59,661 bases of DNA from a virus (Duplodnaviria > Caudoviricetes): the IMG/VR virus record IMGVR_UViG_3300030085_003139, positions 1 through 59,661 of that record; one strand, given 5' to 3'. Positions within the stretch are counted from its first letter, which is position 1; the number at the start of each line of letters is the position of its first letter. The notes under the pieces were generated by a model. It was not told the origin of the DNA and made no database searches. It saw nothing but the letters and a program-made list of their open reading frames with translations. The translations under genes were made by a program, and so were the position numbers. Shown piece after piece: positions 55,739 through 59,661 of the stretch.

Positions 55739-57599
55739 GTGGGTTCCGCCGTCGGAGCTGCCAGACCTACGTGGATCTAAAGTTCTATGTATAGACGTAG
55801 AAACAAGAGACCCGCACATTAAACAAAAAGGGCCGGGCTGGCCGACCAAAGATGGTGAGGTAATAGGCTACGCTATTGCCACGGAAGGTTGGTCTGGATA
55901 CTTCCCAACGCGGCATCTCGGCGGAGGCAACATCGACGAAAGCATCGTCAAGAAATGGTTGCAAGCGCATCTCAAAACAGAATGCGATAAAGTCATGCAC
56001 AACGCCCAGTATGATCTGGGCTGGTGCCGTGCGATGGGCTTCGAAGTCAACGGTCGCATTATAGACACAATGATGACCGCCAACTTGTTAGATGAAAACA
56101 GGTTTAGCTACAGCCTGAATGCGCTGGGTTACGATTATCTAGGTCAAACAAAAAACGAACGTGACCTTGTAGAGGCCGCAAAAGAATTTAACGTCGATCC
56201 CAAAAGCGAGATGTGGAAGTTACCCGCTCAGTTTGTCGGACAGTATGCCGAACAGGACGCTACGCTGACCCTCAAACTATGGGAGCATTTTCAAACAATG
56301 CTGAACCGTGAGGAGCTCTGGAACATTTGGGAGTTGGAAACCAAGCTTCTGCCCTGCCTCGTCGATATGACAATGCGGGGTGTGCGCGTGGATCTGGATC
56401 GTGCGGAGCGTAGTAAGCAACACGTTATGAAGCGTGAAAAAGAATTAATGGGCAAAATTAAAAAGACTGTTGGCGCCGACGTAGAAATATGGGCAGCGCA
56501 ATCCATTGCTAAAGCTTTTGATAAAGTTGGGCTTGAGTACCCTAGAACAGAAAAGGGCGCCCCATCGTTTACAAAGCAGTTTCTTAGCGAACACCCGCAC
56601 GAGCTGCCGCAAGCTATTGTGCAAGCGCGAGCTTACAACAAAATCAACGGCACGTTTATCGACGGCATTCTTCGCTTTGTTGGTAAAGACGGACGCATCC
56701 ACGGGCATATCAATCAAATCAGATCAGACGATGGGGGCACTGTATCTGGGCGAGTTTCCATGTCAAACCCCAACCTTCAGCAAATTCCTGCACGGGATCC
56801 TGAGCTCGGCCCGATGATCCGTAGTCTGTTCCTTCCTGAAGAAGGGGAGCAGTGGGCGTCCATAGATTTCTCGCAACAGGAACCTCGGATCGCGGTTCAT
56901 TACGCAGATGCGTATGGAAAAAGCACAAACACGGAATTAAGTGGCGTAGCTGACATGGTAGATGCATACACGAACAATCCAGATACAGACTTTCATACGA
57001 TGGTTGCGGAAATGACAGGGCTAAAACGTAAAGCTGCCAAGTCTGTAGGGCTCGGTATCATTTATGGTATGGGTGTGAACAAGCTTGCAGGCGAATTGGA
57101 TGTATCCGTGGACGAAGCAAAAGATATTCTGAAGCAATTTAACTCCAAACTTCCCTTTCTGAAGCAGCTCAATAGTGGTGTACAGCGCAGATTAGAAGAT
57201 CGTCGCTCCAGCGGATCCATACGATCCTTGCAGGGGCGCAAGTGTCGCTTTAACCTTTGGGAGCCCGACACGTTTGAAATGCATAAGGCCATGCCTTACG
57301 ACGAAGCGGTCGCGGCTCACGGGGCAACCACGCGATTAAAGCGTGCGATGACTTATAAAGCGCTCAACCGACTTATACAGGCGTCCGCAGCCGACATGAC
57401 AAAGACGGCGTGGGTCAAAGTATACGAAGCGGGGCACTTGCCGCTCATTCAGGTACACGACGAACTAGCTTTTAGCGTGCCAAACCTTGATAAAGCCAAA
57501 GAAATACGGGAAATCATGGAAAATTCCATGCCTTTGTGCATTCCAAACAAATGCGATATTGACATTGGCGCCAATTGGGGAGAAACTAAAGAGACTTAA
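55692..57599 (+). CDS. polA: Family A DNA polymerase with 3'-5' exonuclease
   Basis: IDVET, HNAQYD, PNLQQIP, DFSQQEPR, AKSVGLGIIYG, QVHDEL. Confidence 0.95.
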   Translation: MKTTKMQFPLFTPKTEWVPPSELPDLRGSKVLCIDVETRDPHIKQKGPGWPTKDGEVIGYAIATEGWSGYFPTRHLGGGNIDESIVKKWLQAHLKTECDKVMHNAQYDLGWCRAMGFEVNGRIIDTMMTANLLDENRFSYSLNALGYDYLGQTKNERDLVEAAKEFNVDPKSEMWKLPAQFVGQYAEQDATLTLKLWEHFQTMLNREELWNIWELETKLLPCLVDMTMRGVRVDLDRAERSKQHVMKREKELMGKIKKTVGADVEIWAAQSIAKAFDKVGLEYPRTEKGAPSFTKQFLSEHPHELPQAIVQARAYNKINGTFIDGILRFVGKDGRIHGHINQIRSDDGGTVSGRVSMSNPNLQQIPARDPELGPMIRSLFLPEEGEQWASIDFSQQEPRIAVHYADAYGKSTNTELSGVADMVDAYTNNPDTDFHTMVAEMTGLKRKAAKSVGLGIIYGMGVNKLAGELDVSVDEAKDILKQFNSKLPFLKQLNSGVQRRLEDRRSSGSIRSLQGRKCRFNLWEPDTFEMHKAMPYDEAVAAHGATTRLKRAMTYKALNRLIQASAADMTKTAWVKVYEAGHLPLIQVHDELAFSVPNLDKAKEIREIMENSMPLCIPNKCDIDIGANWGETKET

Positions 57600-57693
57600 A
57601 CCTCGATCCGCAAGCTACTAGGTTTAAGTACTGCTCGATAAGGTCAACAGCGGTCTTTCCTTGTTCTCGTGTTGACATATTGACCTCATACTA

Positions 57694-57732
57694 GCCCCTG
57701 ACTTCTCTCCTTACGAAGTCAGGGGTTTTTTT
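57694..57732 (+). terminator. Intrinsic terminator
   Basis: CCCCTGACTTC...GAAGTCAGGGG followed by T7. Confidence 0.85.
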
Positions 57733-57787
57733 CTTGAACTTTCTATACAATCTTATATATTCTCAGATAAAATAAGGGTTTTGTCCT

Positions 57788-58048
57788 ATGGATACAAAAA
57801 AATGGGCGAGTGTGCTTGTACCACGAGAAACCTACGAGGAGTTGGTGGCCGTGGCATTCATTGAGGGGCGCACAATTGGCGGTCAATTACGCATGATGTT
57901 TGAGTTTTGGAAAAGCAAAAATTTGACGCCAAACGATTTGAAAGTCGTGCAGAGTCAAATAAGAAAAAACAAAGCGGCTAGAGACGAAGCCAAAAAAGAA
58001 GAGCTCGACGCTGCCGCCAAAGAAGAATTAGATAAGATCGTTATTTAA
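57788..58048 (+). CDS. Putative ribbon-helix-helix transcriptional regulator
   Basis: Strand WASVLVP, helix RETYEELVAVA, EGRT turn, helix IGGQLRMMF. Confidence 0.6.
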   Translation: MDTKKWASVLVPRETYEELVAVAFIEGRTIGGQLRMMFEFWKSKNLTPNDLKVVQSQIRKNKAARDEAKKEELDAAAKEELDKIVI

Positions 58049-58242
58049 ACTCGATAACCTTTACTACGCCATCTGGAAGTTATTTTTTTTAGTTGCGCCT
58101 GAGCGCGCCATAAGTCCTGTTGCGCGCTCGGCGGGGCATCGTTTCGTCGTGCCGTGTCTTCAAGATTATCGACTATGGTATTCCAATACTTCAAAGTTCT
58201 TTCATCTAAGTAATGCAGTGGAATACGTTCGTCTTCAGTCAT
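58045..58242 (-). CDS. Hypothetical protein
   Basis: End of the leftward operon. Confidence 0.6.
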   Translation of the reverse strand: MTEDERIPLHYLDERTLKYWNTIVDNLEDTARRNDAPPSAQQDLWRAQAQLKKITSRWRSKGYRV

Positions 58243-58441
58243 TTTTTATTTGTCTCCTTCCGCCACGATTGTCTTTCCTACGGAAAAACAAGTTGTACCG
58301 CTTAGCTTGGCTGTAGACGCACTGTGGAGAGACGTCCAGCGCGCGAGCGGTTTCAGCTATAGTATACCCATCTTCAGAAAATTTTCGATAATTTTCTAAC
58401 GGTATACCTTTTTTAAGCGGATGCTTGCTCGGTTCACTCAT
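58235..58441 (-). CDS. Small HTH protein
   Basis: GYTIAETARALDVSPQCVY. Confidence 0.7.
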   Translation of the reverse strand: MSEPSKHPLKKGIPLENYRKFSEDGYTIAETARALDVSPQCVYSQAKRYNLFFRRKDNRGGRRQIKND

Positions 58442-58679
58442 TCTGCACCCCCTCTGGACGGAGCTTGGGTCTGATCAATTTAGATACAGTGTTCGACTTT
58501 TGACACGTCATCATTATGTCGTTGCCGTAAAGGTCGTACAGATGGTTGTAGAGACCATCTGCACTTCCGCTGTTCATAGCTGACGAACAATGTTTCTCGC
58601 TTTGAAACCAAACCGCCGTTTCAAACTCTTGGTCTTGCACACTGTATGCAATCACCATCGCGGTAAAGTATTCAATCAT
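58434..58679 (-). CDS. Hypothetical protein
   Basis: Overlapping operon gene. Confidence 0.6.
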   Translation of the reverse strand: MIEYFTAMVIAYSVQDQEFETAVWFQSEKHCSSAMNSGSADGLYNHLYDLYGNDIMMTCQKSNTVSKLIRPKLRPEGVQNE

Positions 58680-59005
58680 GATACCCTCCAGACACGATAG
58701 GCGCCGTCCCTTCTGTCGAGTTTGGCCGCTTTCGTAACAACGCCTTTGACGCCGCGTTTTTTGCCCCAGAAATTATGTATAGAAGCTTTAAGGATCTTTG
58801 CCTCCTTACTGTCGGCTACTAATACACTGCTGCCAGCAACCATTTTGCTGGCCAACAAAGACCATCGCCCAGATGTTTCAGGTACGGGTATCTTTTGCGT
58901 TACGTCATACAAAACTTTACCCGCTTCTTTTGCCTCGTGAATAGTGCGGACATCAGAAGTCTCTGTTTTTCTACCAACTTGATCCAAAATAAACGTCCCC
59001 CTCAT
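58676..59005 (-). CDS. Hypothetical protein
   Basis: IP.P...W...M..G.SV...RVWR pattern. Confidence 0.6.
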   Translation of the reverse strand: MRGTFILDQVGRKTETSDVRTIHEAKEAGKVLYDVTQKIPVPETSGRWSLLASKMVAGSSVLVADSKEAKILKASIHNFWGKKRGVKGVVTKAAKLDRRDGAYRVWRVS

Positions 59006-59397
59006 ATCGCGATGACCACGGCAACAATTAAAATTGCAATCAGTAGAGCCCAGATAACCATACGCTTACGCTTCTGACTTTCTGTTTCTGCTACCAGTTG
59101 CCCCTGAACAGAACGTTCGACGGCTTCTACAAAAGGATCGACCTTTGGCTCCTCAATCGTGCGTATACGATCGCGCGCCACGGGCGTCTCTTTGGACTTG
59201 GCGTTTTGTTTAGCCCATTTGTTGATTTCGGTTTTAGACCAATGTTTTTTCTTTTTGTATTTTTGTTGACTTGGACTAATACCCGTTACTTCTTCGGGCT
59301 CTGGAAACGTTTTAAGCCGTGTACGACGGTAAATGGTTTGTACAGACAAACCCGTGATTTCCGACACTTGGTCGATATTATATAATTGTTTTGGCAT
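59002..59397 (-). CDS. AlpA/excisionase-like HTH protein with a C-terminal TM helix
   Basis: IDQVSEITGLSVQTIYRR...FPEP...W; KRKR then MVIWALLIAILIVAVVIAI. Confidence 0.75.
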   Translation of the reverse strand: MPKQLYNIDQVSEITGLSVQTIYRRTRLKTFPEPEEVTGISPSQQKYKKKKHWSKTEINKWAKQNAKSKETPVARDRIRTIEEPKVDPFVEAVERSVQGQLVAETESQKRKRMVIWALLIAILIVAVVIAI

Positions 59398-59415
59398 TTT
59401 TTCCTCCTTACCAAA

Positions 59416-59661
59416 TTAAATTAATTTTTCTTTTTTTGATGAGCCATAAACTTGTTCAATTTCTAGCCCCATCAAAGTGGCCTTACCCCTCTTGTCTACA
59501 TAGAATTCAACGTAAGCCTTAAATATTTTATTAAGAGATTTATAGCAGTCGCAGACTACAAAAACTTTTTCTTCTCCTAATCCACTTAGGGCAACAGCCG
59601 TTTCAATTTCAAACGCGTGGGGGATAAAACCTTTTTTCTTGACAGCAATCTGCGCCCTCTT
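59416..59661 (-). CDS. 3' part of the junction-spanning hypothetical protein
   Basis: In frame with the ATG at 167; TAA at 59418-59416. Confidence 0.7.
   Translation of the reverse strand, partial: KRAQIAVKKKGFIPHAFEIETAVALSGLGEEKVFVVCDCYKSLNKIFKAYVEFYVDKRGKATLMGLEIEQVYGSSKKEKLI
59561..59661. repeat. Terminal overlap, copy 2
   Basis: Matches 1-101. Confidence 0.97.

Overview
The window is an essentially complete, circularly assembled genome (about 59,560 bp; bases 1-101 recur at 59561-59661 and an ORF reads through the join) of a tailed dsDNA phage with podovirus-like architecture. From overall gene content the host is most plausibly a marine alphaproteobacterium (inference, no search run). 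The modules, in order, are: small leftward genes with an SPPY-type DNA methyltransferase; an early/accessory region (2.7-10.4 kb) holding TerS, a PD-(D/E)xK nuclease and a beta-clamp-like gene; TerL, an HlyC-like acyltransferase and portal; holins and an M15 endolysin; a GroES-like chaperonin, scaffold and major capsid; neck, tail fibres and nozzle; large internal virion proteins; and a replication module (SNF2 helicase, primase, UvrD-like helicase, family A polymerase). I saw no integrase, RNA polymerase, ParA/ParB, tRNA or CRISPR array. The most striking signal is three perfect chromosomal-type parS palindromes (TGTTTCACGTGAAACA), all intergenic, in a phage with no partition proteins, which suggests it co-opts or titrates host ParB. 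Other notable signals are a repeated promoter-hairpin-RBS element that partitions the early island into cassettes, a TATAAGAT operator-like motif at five promoters with a candidate ribbon-helix-helix regulator, shared xxGG and GIGSL peptide motifs across virion proteins, a membrane-anchored AlpA-like protein and apparent CCWGG avoidance. All product calls come from motif recognition only.
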